The notes under the pieces were generated by a model, which worked only from the letters and a program-made list of their open reading frames with translations, searched no databases and was not told the origin of the DNA. From Candidatus Kerfeldbacteria bacterium (GTDB taxonomy: Bacteria > Patescibacteriota > Patescibacteriia > SBBC01 > CAIJZX01): a stretch of DNA of 64,000 nt. A program made the position numbers and the translations under genes. This document shows, piece by piece, positions 19,298-29,502 of the stretch. The first letter of the stretch is position 1. The number at the start of each line of letters is the position of its first letter. The stretch is taken from assembly GCA_903825245.1 (NCBI GenBank), contig CAIJZX010000012.1, positions 12,059 to 76,058 of the forward strand, given 5' to 3'.

Positions 19298-20934
19298 TTT
19301 GTTTTTTTTCGCTGAATACCAGCCCGAAGCAAGCCGACGAACAATGGATGCGGCTGCAACGGATGGGAGAGAAATTCCGGGTGGAATTGTGTACCGACAA
19401 ACCACGGATGGCTTGGTAATTCCAGAATTTCTACCAATTGACGCTTTGGTTCCACGCCGGCAATTACCATTCCGGCTCGTTCAAAGTCCTGTCGATAACG
19501 ATTCTGAAATTCATAGCGATGGCGATGCCGTTCGATCACTTGCCGCCGGTCATACATTGCCGCAGTTTTTGTTGTGGACGTCAATCGGCACGGATACGCC
19601 CCCAGTCGCATCGAACCGCCCAAATGATGTTCCTTCATTAGCCGTTCTTGTTCCGGTAACAGATCAATCACCGGATGCTTCGTTGCGACATCCACTTCCG
19701 TCGTATTCGCATCACGCCATTTCAATACGTGACGGGCAAATTCGACAGCCATGAGTTGCATGCCGTAACACAAACCGAGAATTGGGATAGCCTGTTGACG
19801 AGCATATTGAATGACAGCGATTTTTCCTTCCACACCGCGTGAACCGAAACCGCCAGGAATTATCAGCGCATGAAAAGCTCGCAATTCCTTCAGTGATGCT
19901 ATATTCGTTTCGTATTGTTCGGCGTTGAGCCAGGTAATTTCCACCGGGCGGCGCAGCGACCAAGCTGCATGCTTAACGGCCTCAATCACCGACAGGTAGG
20001 AATCGCTCAAGGTGAATGTTCCTGACGCAAAATACTTTCCGACAATACCGACGCGTAACGGTTCAGCTGTCGACATACTATGTCGAACAAATGTTTTCCA
20101 TTGTTGTAAATCTCGCCGACGAGCCGGCATCTTGAACTTCGTTAAAATCTTTTCTGCCAACCGCTCTTTTTCAAAATTCAGTGGGATATGATAAATATTT
20201 TTTACATCCGGCGCGGAAATAATATCTTCCGGGCGCATATTACAATTGATTGATAATTTTTCTTTTCGTGGTGCATCGAGTGGCACTGCTCCGCGACCAA
20301 GGATGAAATCCGGCTGGATACCCGCGGCATTGAGGGTTCGAACTGCATACTGCGTCGGCTTGGTCTTCATTTCTCCAAGCTGACCGGGTATTGGTAAATA
20401 ACTTAACAGGACGAATTGAACGCGTCCGGGCATGCGTAAATGCATCATACGCGCTGCTTCCAAAAACAGCATATTCTGATATTCGCCAACAGTCCCGCCG
20501 ATTTCAACAATATGAATATCTGAACGGTTGACGCGCGCCGCAGTCGTAATCCGATGAATGACTTCCTCTGGCACGTGTGGAACAACCTCCACGCACTTTC
20601 CGTTGTACCCCAGCGCCCGTTCGCGTTCAATCACTGACAAATAGACCTGACCGGTAGTCATGTAATCATGGCGCGTTAATTCCGTATCTAAGAAACGTTC
20701 GTAATTGCCAATATCCTGATCGGTTTCGAGGCCATCCGCGGTAACAAATACCTCGCCATGCTCGGTAGGATTCATCGTCCCGGCATCAACATTGATATAC
20801 GGATCGATTTTCATCGCCGCCACACGGTAGCCACGGCTCTTCAGTAGTAATCCGATCGAGGAAACGGCAATCCCCTTCCCCAATCCAGACAACACTCCAC
20901 CGACAACAAAAATATAACGCGTCTGTTTAGCCAT
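19294..20934 (-). CDS. pyrG: CTP synthase
   Basis: MAKQTRYIFVVGGVLSGLGKG N-terminus and a C-terminal GATase domain (GLCYGMQ, HPEF). Confidence 0.9.
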   Translation of the reverse strand: MAKQTRYIFVVGGVLSGLGKGIAVSSIGLLLKSRGYRVAAMKIDPYINVDAGTMNPTEHGEVFVTADGLETDQDIGNYERFLDTELTRHDYMTTGQVYLSVIERERALGYNGKCVEVVPHVPEEVIHRITTAARVNRSDIHIVEIGGTVGEYQNMLFLEAARMMHLRMPGRVQFVLLSYLPIPGQLGEMKTKPTQYAVRTLNAAGIQPDFILGRGAVPLDAPRKEKLSINCNMRPEDIISAPDVKNIYHIPLNFEKERLAEKILTKFKMPARRRDLQQWKTFVRHSMSTAEPLRVGIVGKYFASGTFTLSDSYLSVIEAVKHAAWSLRRPVEITWLNAEQYETNIASLKELRAFHALIIPGGFGSRGVEGKIAVIQYARQQAIPILGLCYGMQLMAVEFARHVLKWRDANTTEVDVATKHPVIDLLPEQERLMKEHHLGGSMRLGAYPCRLTSTTKTAAMYDRRQVIERHRHRYEFQNRYRQDFERAGMVIAGVEPKRQLVEILELPSHPWFVGTQFHPEFLSHPLQPHPLFVGLLRAGIQRKKTK

Positions 20935-21367
20935 GGATAACCTCAACAGTTATTGGAATACTCTGACCGGCAATCTTCAGTTGTAACGTGTGCCGACCAA
21001 GTGTCTTCACATGATCCGGTTCACACCTACCATCAATCATTGGTACGTTCAGTTGTTTTTGCAGCGCAGCAATAATTGCTGACGACTTAATAGCTGCGAA
21101 TAATCTCCCTTGTGCATTTGCCTTGCCGATGAGATGAATACTACTTGATTGCACCTGCCCCCGAAGCCGATTCAGGTCTGCCCGCAGCCGCTCCTCTTGA
21201 TGTTGGGCAGTAGCAACGAGACGAGCCTGATCGGCTAACACCTTGGTCGTCGCCAGAACGGCTATCTTCTTCGGCAACAAATAATTCCGCGCATACGCTT
21301 CGCTGACCTCGACGATGTCGTGCACCCGACCAAGTCCTGAAACAGCTTGTTCGAGTCGAACTTTCAT
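20927..21367 (-). CDS. rplI: 50S ribosomal protein L9
   Basis: MKVRLEQAVSGLGRVHDIVEVSEAYARNYLLPKK is the L9 N-domain. Confidence 0.9.
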   Translation of the reverse strand: MKVRLEQAVSGLGRVHDIVEVSEAYARNYLLPKKIAVLATTKVLADQARLVATAQHQEERLRADLNRLRGQVQSSSIHLIGKANAQGRLFAAIKSSAIIAALQKQLNVPMIDGRCEPDHVKTLGRHTLQLKIAGQSIPITVEVIHG

Positions 21368-22605
21368 GACTTTGGACTCAGGAGATCAAGCGCCGCTGTG
21401 CGTTGTGGATCGTCAGAAGTATCGGCTGTAGCCGCTGCTGCTTTGACCACCACGTCCGGGGTAATACCTTTTTCAGAAATTGACCGCCCCTTCGGGGTAT
21501 ACCATTTTGCGATCGTCAATTTCAGACTTGAGCCGTCAGCTAAAGTTTGATAATCCTGCACCGAGCCTTTGCCGAACGTCTGCTCACCGAGAATTGTTCC
21601 CCGACCAGAATCTTGTAGCGCACCAGCAACAATCTCCGAGGCCGATGCACTTCCGCCATTGACGAGCACTACGATTTTTCCCTTCGCGAGATCGGCTCGA
21701 CCATTCGCTGAGTATGAATTCTTTTTTCCATTCCGGTCAATTTCCGAAACCACCACGCCGGATGGCATGAATTCACTGGCGACGTCAATCGCTTGATCGA
21801 GATATCCGCCGGGATTATTTCGAACATCGAGCAGAATACCGTCGAGTGATGCAGCGTTAATGTTTTTTGCTTTCGTTCGTAATTGTGCGCCAGTATCTTG
21901 ATCAAAACTACTAATCGTGAACTCGGCGATTTTCTTACCGTTATAGGTTGTTACTTTTGCTTGAACCGAATCAACGGTGATCGATTCACGAGTAATGGTG
22001 TACGATTTTTGCTGCTGATCAGTTCCTCGCTGGATAGTTAATGTTACTGTGGTTCCTTGCTTCCCTCGAATGGCAGACACCACTGCATCAAGCGTCATAG
22101 CACTCGTATCTTTTCCATCCACAGTCACAATCATGTCGCCCGCCAACAAACCAGCTTTCTCCGCCGGCGATCCCGGCAATGGAGCAATAATCGTGACTTT
22201 ATTGTTTTTATACCCAACTTGCATCCCGACGCCCTCAAACGTTCCACTGATTTCCGATTGGAATTGCTTCGCCGTATCCGCATTCATGTATTCAGAATAT
22301 GGGTCGCCAAGTCCGGCTACCAAACCCGTCATCGCACCCTGAAGTAAGTCATGATCATTGACATTGGCGTTCACGTACTGCGTATGCACCTGGTTCCACA
22401 CTTGTAATAATTGCTGAAAATCCGCGCCTTTTGGCGCCGGGACGAGCTTACTGATCGCTGCACTGAGTGTCGTCGGTTCTTGTGAGTGTTGATCAACAAC
22501 AGTCACCAGAACACCAAGGACAAAACCAACAAGCAAGAGTAGAACGACGAAGAGCGGTCGGGTACTTTTTTTTACCGGTGACTTATGTTCGTTTGATGTC
22601 GGCAT
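21364..22605 (-). CDS. ctpA: Carboxyl-terminal processing protease (S41, CtpA/Prc-like) with PDZ domain
   Basis: PDZ segment (GDMIVTVDGKDT...) and S41 catalytic segment KIVVLVNGGSASASEIVAGALQD. N-terminal TM. Start is the internal ATG at 22605, which avoids overlap with murA. Confidence 0.85.
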   Translation of the reverse strand: MPTSNEHKSPVKKSTRPLFVVLLLLVGFVLGVLVTVVDQHSQEPTTLSAAISKLVPAPKGADFQQLLQVWNQVHTQYVNANVNDHDLLQGAMTGLVAGLGDPYSEYMNADTAKQFQSEISGTFEGVGMQVGYKNNKVTIIAPLPGSPAEKAGLLAGDMIVTVDGKDTSAMTLDAVVSAIRGKQGTTVTLTIQRGTDQQQKSYTITRESITVDSVQAKVTTYNGKKIAEFTISSFDQDTGAQLRTKAKNINAASLDGILLDVRNNPGGYLDQAIDVASEFMPSGVVVSEIDRNGKKNSYSANGRADLAKGKIVVLVNGGSASASEIVAGALQDSGRGTILGEQTFGKGSVQDYQTLADGSSLKLTIAKWYTPKGRSISEKGITPDVVVKAAAATADTSDDPQRTAALDLLSPKS

Positions 22606-23896
22606 GGAGTTGTTGTAAGCGAGTAACCAAGTCTTGATAACCACGATCAAGGTGCTCGACACCGGTCAGCATGGAAGTGCCGTTCGCCGTTAAAGCAGCG
22701 ATGAGATGTGCCATACCGGCGCGAATATCGGGAATAATAATTTCAGCTGGCTGAAGTTTTGTCGGCCCAATAATTTTACAACTGTGAACGTAACCATGGG
22801 CCCACCATCGACACGGTAACTCGCCCCAGCAATCTGTACTGGTCGTAATATTCGCACCCATAGCCACCAATGTTTTCGTGTATCCAAAGCGATCTTCATA
22901 AACAGTTTCGTGTACCGTCGATTGGCCTTGCGCTTGAGTCATGACGGTCACTAACGGTTGCTGCCAATCAGTCATATAACCAGGGTGTGTATCGGTTTCT
23001 ACCACCACGCCCTTCAAGGCTCCACGAGATACAAAACGAATGCCGGTCGGCAGCACCTCAAATTGCCCACCCATACGGCGGATGGTCGTTAAAAACGTAA
23101 TCAGATCGGCCTGGCGCGCCTCTTCGACAAAAATGTCGCCACCGGTAGCCAACGCGAGACATCCGAACGATGCCGCTTCAATCCGATCGGGAATAACGCG
23201 ATAGGTTGTACCGTGTAAACGCTCCACACCATCAATAATGAGCGTTCTATCAGTACCAAATTCAATAATCGCGCCCATCGTCTGTAACATCTGCATCAAA
23301 TCAATAACCTCCGGTTCAATAGCTGCATTGTGGAGAATTGTTCGGCCCTTGGCTAACACCGCTGCTAAGGCAATCGTTTCGGTTGCCCCAACGCTCGGAT
23401 ATGGTAACGTCAGTTCCGCCCCGTTCAAACGTTTTGCTACTGCTCGAAAACTATGATCCGTCGCTTCAACTTGTGCGCCCATGGCTTTAAGCGCTGCTAA
23501 ATGGTAATTGACCGGCCGTGGACCGATTGCATCGCCTCCTACGACCGGCACCTCTGCTTCGCCGGTGCGATTCACCAAAATACCCAACGTCAGTATCGGT
23601 AACCGATTTTTGCGGCTAAGTTGCGGAACTGTGTTGTGCTGGATGGTCGGCGTCTGAACCGTCCACCGATGACCATCTTTCGTAACCTGACCGCCGATCG
23701 AGGTAATAAGTTCTGCAGCAATATCGGTTTCTCCTAGGAGTGGGACGTTATCAATCGTCGACGGCTCATCACTCAACATCGTCGCCAACAGGATTTTTGA
23801 GGCAGCGTTCTTGGCGCCAGATAAAGTGATGGTGCCGTGGAGCGGTCGACCGCCGGAAACGGAAAAGGATTCGGGCATGGTGACGATGTGGCGCAA
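22583..23896 (-). CDS. murA: UDP-N-acetylglucosamine 1-carboxyvinyltransferase MurA
   Basis: LHGTITLSGAKNAASKILLATML N-terminus and the EPT fold motifs. Confidence 0.9.
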   Translation of the reverse strand: MRHIVTMPESFSVSGGRPLHGTITLSGAKNAASKILLATMLSDEPSTIDNVPLLGETDIAAELITSIGGQVTKDGHRWTVQTPTIQHNTVPQLSRKNRLPILTLGILVNRTGEAEVPVVGGDAIGPRPVNYHLAALKAMGAQVEATDHSFRAVAKRLNGAELTLPYPSVGATETIALAAVLAKGRTILHNAAIEPEVIDLMQMLQTMGAIIEFGTDRTLIIDGVERLHGTTYRVIPDRIEAASFGCLALATGGDIFVEEARQADLITFLTTIRRMGGQFEVLPTGIRFVSRGALKGVVVETDTHPGYMTDWQQPLVTVMTQAQGQSTVHETVYEDRFGYTKTLVAMGANITTSTDCWGELPCRWWAHGYVHSCKIIGPTKLQPAEIIIPDIRAGMAHLIAALTANGTSMLTGVEHLDRGYQDLVTRLQQLHADIKRT

Positions 23897-23975
23897 TATA
23901 TGGTAGACTTGCGGCGCTAGTACGACCGCAACGAAGGTATCCTAGCAGTCCACGACCACAGCGTCAACGCAAGCT

Positions 23976-25277
23976 ATGTCTCGAAATTTTCGCCGATTCT
24001 ATTCCGCTTTCGCCATTCTGATTTTTTGTATTAGTGCACCGATCGTTATCATCTGGACGAGTGGTTGGCGGTGGACTGGTTGGCATTCAGGTTTTTCCGC
24101 CACTGGCGCCGTTTATATTACCAGTTCTCCCCGAGCTACCGTCCTTCTCAACGGCCAACCACAAGGCCAAACACCGCAACACATCACGCATTTGCTGCCC
24201 GGCGTCTACACCGTCGAACTACAACGATCTGGTTACAGTGTCTGGCGACACACCATCCGAGTAGCAGGAAAAGTAGCCCAGGTGATCGGTCCGGTACAAC
24301 TCTTCCCCGCAAGTTTCTCAGTCAATGATTTGCCACTTTCCGAAGCACAGACGGTACTGGCTACATCCGACCATCAAAGTATTTTCCGTATTCTGGTACA
24401 CGACACAACCTGGCAGGTGGCAGAAGTGTGGCCAACGAGCGGCGCACTACTTACACTGCAGCATCAACCCACCGCAGTCAGTGGCAGCAACAATCAACAG
24501 AACCTCGCCTTCTGGCAATCTGGTCAAGCAACCATCATCACTAAACAACCGTCCGATCCGTGGATAGTTGATGTCGACGATGTTCCAGTTTGGGACACGT
24601 CATCGAGCAGTGTTTGTTATGGTTTGTCAGCTGGCCATGTCGTACGATTTGACACACTACAGCGAACAACTACTGTTCTTGGCGAAGCAACATCGTTTGT
24701 CCTCGACGGTGATGTGGTGTGGGCTACTATCAGCACCGCCACGACAACCAATGTGACTCGTCAACAAACCTTCGGCCAAGATACGGCCACAACCGTACTG
24801 CAGCGCGATGGATCGTGGCTTTTTTTACCACTCGCCGGCGCTGTCGCCATCCACAACACTGTTGATCAAACTACTATTACCTTGCAGTATGATGCGATCA
24901 CACACCGAGCAACCACCACGACGCTCGGCGCTGCCGACTCGGTGTGGTGGCCGGATACACACCAACCGCCACTATGGATTTCTGGCGCCGATCTTTCGAC
25001 CATTAATCAAAAAGGAGTCCCGCAGTTGATCGACCGGTTTGCCGCACCAACGCTCTTCGCTCAGTGGATTGATCCACAAAATATTTTGCTGACTATCGAC
25101 GACCATACAGTACATATCCAAAGCGTCAGCGATCAACAAGGGCGAAGTACTCTCCTTGAACGTACATTTGACGAACATATTCAGATTCTTGGTATCGACC
25201 TCAATCAACAGCAACTTCTGATCCGACTCATCGGTCAACCCGATCGTGTCGTGGTCGTATCGTGGCGAGTATCATAA
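23976..25277 (+). CDS. PEGA-domain membrane-anchored protein
   Basis: N-terminal TM, then TVLLNGQPQGQTP...LLPGVYTVELQRSGY, which matches the PEGA motif pattern. Confidence 0.5.
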   Translation: MSRNFRRFYSAFAILIFCISAPIVIIWTSGWRWTGWHSGFSATGAVYITSSPRATVLLNGQPQGQTPQHITHLLPGVYTVELQRSGYSVWRHTIRVAGKVAQVIGPVQLFPASFSVNDLPLSEAQTVLATSDHQSIFRILVHDTTWQVAEVWPTSGALLTLQHQPTAVSGSNNQQNLAFWQSGQATIITKQPSDPWIVDVDDVPVWDTSSSSVCYGLSAGHVVRFDTLQRTTTVLGEATSFVLDGDVVWATISTATTTNVTRQQTFGQDTATTVLQRDGSWLFLPLAGAVAIHNTVDQTTITLQYDAITHRATTTTLGAADSVWWPDTHQPPLWISGADLSTINQKGVPQLIDRFAAPTLFAQWIDPQNILLTIDDHTVHIQSVSDQQGRSTLLERTFDEHIQILGIDLNQQQLLIRLIGQPDRVVVVSWRVS

Positions 25278-25447
25278 TGTTCCGATGGTACCAGTAGGAC
25301 AAGCGATATCACTGCCAAGACCATCAACCAGATCCAACCGAAAGACAGACCAAGTGAGACAAAGCCCGGACGCCACTGCTCCAGCGCAGTTATTATCGCC
25401 AAGCCGACAATATTGATCGCTACCGTGTATTCTTGGAAACGAGTCAT
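25235..25447 (-). CDS. Small 2-TM hypothetical protein
   Basis: Hydrophobic 70-aa ORF at the tail of the minus-strand operon. Confidence 0.25.
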   Translation of the reverse strand: MTRFQEYTVAINIVGLAIITALEQWRPGFVSLGLSFGWIWLMVLAVISLVLLVPSEHYDTRHDTTTTRSG

Positions 25448-25926
25448 GGCGTAAGTGTTAGATTGATGTCGCGCAATTGAACCGACGTATCAACCGCTGA
25501 AACGGTTACTTTGAATGCCCGCGTCGCGACCGCGAGCGTCGACCAATCAAGGTCCACCTCCGCCGGCTGGCCGGCCGCAACGGTTTTCATCGTTGCGCTC
25601 AATCCGGCTCGCGAAGGAACGGTGACCGTCAAAAATCCGTCAGAAGCAACAGTTGAGATCGACAGTGTCCCGTGAGAAAATTTTCGCGGCACCACCACCA
25701 GAAACGACGTCGATGCGTTCGTCACCATGACATCCTTTCCCATAGTCGGTATTTTCTGCCATCGAAACATAGCTGACGATTGATGAAGATTGTGCCAACG
25801 AAATAGCACTGGACTCGGCCAGAGGAGATTTGCTCTCGCGACAACAACGGCCACAACCAACCATAGTGCCACCGTGAAACCAAACAGAATGGGTGTGCGG
25901 TACTTCATAGCGGCGTGATTTTCCAA
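25444..25926 (-). CDS. Hypothetical membrane-anchored protein
   Basis: N-terminal TM. 4-nt overlap with the downstream ORF. Confidence 0.4.
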   Translation of the reverse strand: MENHAAMKYRTPILFGFTVALWLVVAVVVARANLLWPSPVLFRWHNLHQSSAMFRWQKIPTMGKDVMVTNASTSFLVVVPRKFSHGTLSISTVASDGFLTVTVPSRAGLSATMKTVAAGQPAEVDLDWSTLAVATRAFKVTVSAVDTSVQLRDINLTLTP

Positions 25927-27542
25927 ACCGAATCTTTATCGAACGCTTGTTGTATCGTCACCGTCAGGCCGTAGCTATTCATCACACTCGCATCCGGCGT
26001 ACCGACCGGTTCATAGACATACACCGGGCGCTGTTGCACCAGCGTGCGTAAGGCTTGCCACTCTGCCACATTCGTCGGCAACTGAAAGAGCGCCAATCGA
26101 TCGCCTTGGATATATTTATCGGCGGCTCCGGCGATAACCACACTCCCCGGCTCAGTAACTCGAAGAATATTCTGCCGTGTTATCTGATGAAGTTGATCTG
26201 CAGAAAAACGTGCTTGTAAGCCGGATACCGGGTGTTGCCAAATCGTCCATCCTTGCGAAAACAACATCACCGCGGCCACAACGACCACCAACCATCGCCG
26301 GGTAAATAATCTCAAGGTAATGATAACGCCGGGCACCAGCATGACATACAACGACAACCAGTATCGTGCGTAAGACGCCAGCGCACCGACATCTCCGGAC
26401 GGCGTGGTCGGATACAGATTCCAGCACCCGTAGTAAACCAGCGGAAAAATCGCAATGAGGCTCATGACCGACAACTTGAACGACTTTGACCAGGTCACGT
26501 ATTTCCTTCGAAAATACCGACTAATCGCAATCAGCCCCATCAAGGACCAAGTAGGAAGTAGGAGAATGAAATACCACCAGGTCGACGACAGCCAGTGCCA
26601 GCTCCAACCGCCTGGCGGCGTGAAGAGTGTTTTTGCCGGCGCCGCCACGGAAGCAACCGCATTGACGCTATCGGTAAAAACGCCGCTTGGTGTGTACCCC
26701 GACGATAGGAAAGAACCGTAGATGGCATGATTGGCTAACAGCCACGGCATCTGAACGAACAATGTTACCACGCCAACCACGATTAACTCTCGCCAGAGCT
26801 TCCGCGCAAGCAGAACAATAATAATTGCTGGCGCCGTCCAAAGCACTTCGACTGGGCGAAAGAACAGTGCTAGCCCAAACGCCGCACCGCTGACGACGGC
26901 GAACCAAAACCTCGGGCGTTCGAGTAAACGTAAGAGTGCCCATCCAGCAATCATCAATCCGGCCACGAACGCGCCGTTGTGCATGTACGGCAAGGTGGCA
27001 AATTCGAACAACGCCGGATGCAAAGCGAGGAGAACAACACCGAGTAATGACCACCACCGTCCCCAGAAGCGCCGAAAGACGTCATACATCGCCAACAATG
27101 CGCCCAACATCAAGAGTGGTATCAGAAAACGTTCCGCGCCGAGACCGAAGAGTTTTGCTATCAAAGCGCCAGCTTGAATGAGCCCCAGAAAGCTCCCTGA
27201 GGCCAAATCTTGGCCTACGACAGCGATACTCCGCGGATGCACAAAAGAGACCATAGCGGCCGTCAACCCTTCACTCAAGCGATACGAACCGGTCTGAGCG
27301 AGATGCTGAATGAATAACCGATTCGCCGCTTCATCCGGCGAGCCGACAGTTTGCGTCTTCGTTACGATCCACCCCGTCAGCACGATCCACCCGATAATCA
27401 GCAGACCCGCTGTCAGGCGAAACGCCAACGACGGCCGCGTTAGATCGTGATACGGCGCGGCATACCACCGCTCCTTGCTATTCGGAGGATTCTGGGTCGT
27501 CGTCTCGGTCATAGTAGACAAGCAGTGACAAACCAAGAACAA
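25905..27542 (-). CDS. Polytopic membrane protein, GT-C-like glycosyltransferase candidate
   Basis: More than 10 TM. GSPDEAANRLFIQHLAQTGSY resembles the DE-loop of PMT/ArnT-type GT-C enzymes. Confidence 0.45.
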   Translation of the reverse strand: MFLVCHCLSTMTETTTQNPPNSKERWYAAPYHDLTRPSLAFRLTAGLLIIGWIVLTGWIVTKTQTVGSPDEAANRLFIQHLAQTGSYRLSEGLTAAMVSFVHPRSIAVVGQDLASGSFLGLIQAGALIAKLFGLGAERFLIPLLMLGALLAMYDVFRRFWGRWWSLLGVVLLALHPALFEFATLPYMHNGAFVAGLMIAGWALLRLLERPRFWFAVVSGAAFGLALFFRPVEVLWTAPAIIIVLLARKLWRELIVVGVVTLFVQMPWLLANHAIYGSFLSSGYTPSGVFTDSVNAVASVAAPAKTLFTPPGGWSWHWLSSTWWYFILLLPTWSLMGLIAISRYFRRKYVTWSKSFKLSVMSLIAIFPLVYYGCWNLYPTTPSGDVGALASYARYWLSLYVMLVPGVIITLRLFTRRWLVVVVAAVMLFSQGWTIWQHPVSGLQARFSADQLHQITRQNILRVTEPGSVVIAGAADKYIQGDRLALFQLPTNVAEWQALRTLVQQRPVYVYEPVGTPDASVMNSYGLTVTIQQAFDKDSVWKITPL

Positions 27543-27951
27543 TCAGTCCGGACAACGGCGCGATGACTCGAACTAACCAACCGACTGACGATGTTTTATA
27601 CCACACCACCGCCACTGTCCCGATTGCCAGTAGACCCATCCAAACAAAGTCTTTCCACGTTGGTTTTGAGAGTAACTTTTTTGATTCCGGCACAATCGCG
27701 GGCCAAACACTTGAAAGAACACCGGTGATGATGGCCGCCCACAAGAAGGAATCGAGGTTGTAGAAAAAAGTAACGAATCCCGGACGAAGGTTTTCAATGA
27801 GATACAAACCAAGATAACTGACGAGTGTTACTTGAAACACAAATGATAAGATATCGCGGGTTTCTTTAGCACTGAGCGGCCAGGGAATAGAAAACGTTAC
27901 GCGACGCATGGTTATTTCATCAAATGGAGTTTCTGAAAGACCTTTTTCCAC
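27478..27951 (-). CDS. Hypothetical 4-TM membrane protein
   Basis: Hydrophobic segments; operon context. Confidence 0.4.
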   Translation of the reverse strand: MEKGLSETPFDEITMRRVTFSIPWPLSAKETRDILSFVFQVTLVSYLGLYLIENLRPGFVTFFYNLDSFLWAAIITGVLSSVWPAIVPESKKLLSKPTWKDFVWMGLLAIGTVAVVWYKTSSVGWLVRVIAPLSGLIVLGLSLLVYYDRDDDPESSE

Positions 27952-29477
27952 GGGAACACACCGCGTACCAGGGTAACACGAATATCGCGAAGTCCGAGTG
28001 TTGCACCGGAAGCTTGCATGCCCGGCGAGTCAATACTGAACGTTAACGTTTTCCCGAGCAATGAAAGATTGTCCAAAGTATATGTTTGGTCGGCCTGTAA
28101 CGTACCACTCGTATTCGGAACGTAATCGGCTAAAATGTAATCGACGGCGCTAACATCAGGTGTCGCAGAGGAAACATCAATTCCACGGGCGCCATCAGGG
28201 ATGAGTTGTGTACCACCGAATGAGAGTAATCCGTCACTAGTCACTATAATGTCGCCTTTCGGGATATCAATCGTTGTTGTTCCGGTTAATTTACTCACCA
28301 CGTGGTTGACTTTTACATCCTGAACAGTGACTTTAGTACCAGCGATTGCGACGTCTTGTTTACCTTGATCATGATTGGCTGCCACTGTTACTGATGTACC
28401 GTTCGATTGCAAAACAACCGGTGTGTACAACGATTGGCCATATGCTAGACCTTCAGCCAGGTACACTCGACCGTTAAATGAAATATCATGCTGTGCACTG
28501 GAAAAATTCGCCAACAATACATCGTCGCTGGCGCTAATATCAATAAAGTAAATACCCGGCGTGACTTTTGGAATATTGATCACGACCGGCTGGGATTTGC
28601 CGTGGATCCCCTCTTTACCAGTTAACCCGTCATCACCGACTGTTATGGACTTGATCCACGTCCGACCATCGGCAGTTGCATCGGCCACTTTTGCCACACG
28701 AATGGTTACCATGTCAGCTCCCATTGCACGATTAAGGTCTATTTTATCGAACGAAAGTTTTAAATCTTCATTGGCCGCATAAACATACAATTGGTGACTG
28801 CCACGAAGTGTATGATTAAAAGTAACCGGCGAGGTGCTTGGCTTATAGTTACTCACTGTTGCAAAGGCCATCCGATCGACGCCGACTAATCCGACACTAC
28901 TCATTGCCGGCGGATTAGCCCGGAAAGCGTCAACCGAGTCATATTGGACGACTGTTCGCTCGGTGGTAATCGTTTTCGTGACCGCCCTTTTTCCTGTTCC
29001 GGTCGTTATCTTCTCTTCGGTGACATGCTTATCGCGCATCCATAACGTCAGATTACCAGTCGTGACATGTCTCCAGGAGAGGGTATCCAAACTCGCGGCT
29101 TTGATAACCTTTTTGATGTTTAATCCTTTTGCACCGGAAGCAGTTAAAGCGATGTAGGACTGGGTTCCCGGATCAAGTTGTACACAAATGCGCACCGCTT
29201 CGATGAGGCGCGGGATTGTGACGTTAAATACGAAATTATCGACTGAAATGCGCCACTTGAGCACTGAATCAGCTGTTTTGAGAAGTTGGTTAGGAGTTTG
29301 TGGATGAACGGCTTGGGTTTTGCTACCAGGCTTGTACATGTAGTTGAGCGTGCGGCTAAAGAAAATATGGTCGTTTATTAAAGAAACGAAAATCCAAATC
29401 GGAATCAAGACGACTACCACTTTTATAATATGTAGCCAGGGGAAAGTTTTTCTATGTCTCAAGATATGCCAATGCAT
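27912..29477 (-). CDS. Hypothetical membrane-anchored surface protein (521 aa)
   Basis: N-terminal TM, then a large T/S/V-rich beta-type extracytoplasmic domain. No family recognised. Confidence 0.45.
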   Translation of the reverse strand: MHWHILRHRKTFPWLHIIKVVVVLIPIWIFVSLINDHIFFSRTLNYMYKPGSKTQAVHPQTPNQLLKTADSVLKWRISVDNFVFNVTIPRLIEAVRICVQLDPGTQSYIALTASGAKGLNIKKVIKAASLDTLSWRHVTTGNLTLWMRDKHVTEEKITTGTGKRAVTKTITTERTVVQYDSVDAFRANPPAMSSVGLVGVDRMAFATVSNYKPSTSPVTFNHTLRGSHQLYVYAANEDLKLSFDKIDLNRAMGADMVTIRVAKVADATADGRTWIKSITVGDDGLTGKEGIHGKSQPVVINIPKVTPGIYFIDISASDDVLLANFSSAQHDISFNGRVYLAEGLAYGQSLYTPVVLQSNGTSVTVAANHDQGKQDVAIAGTKVTVQDVKVNHVVSKLTGTTTIDIPKGDIIVTSDGLLSFGGTQLIPDGARGIDVSSATPDVSAVDYILADYVPNTSGTLQADQTYTLDNLSLLGKTLTFSIDSPGMQASGATLGLRDIRVTLVRGVFPWKKVFQKLHLMK

Positions 29478-29502
29478 AGTTAATTCTTATCAGTACCAGA
29501 AA

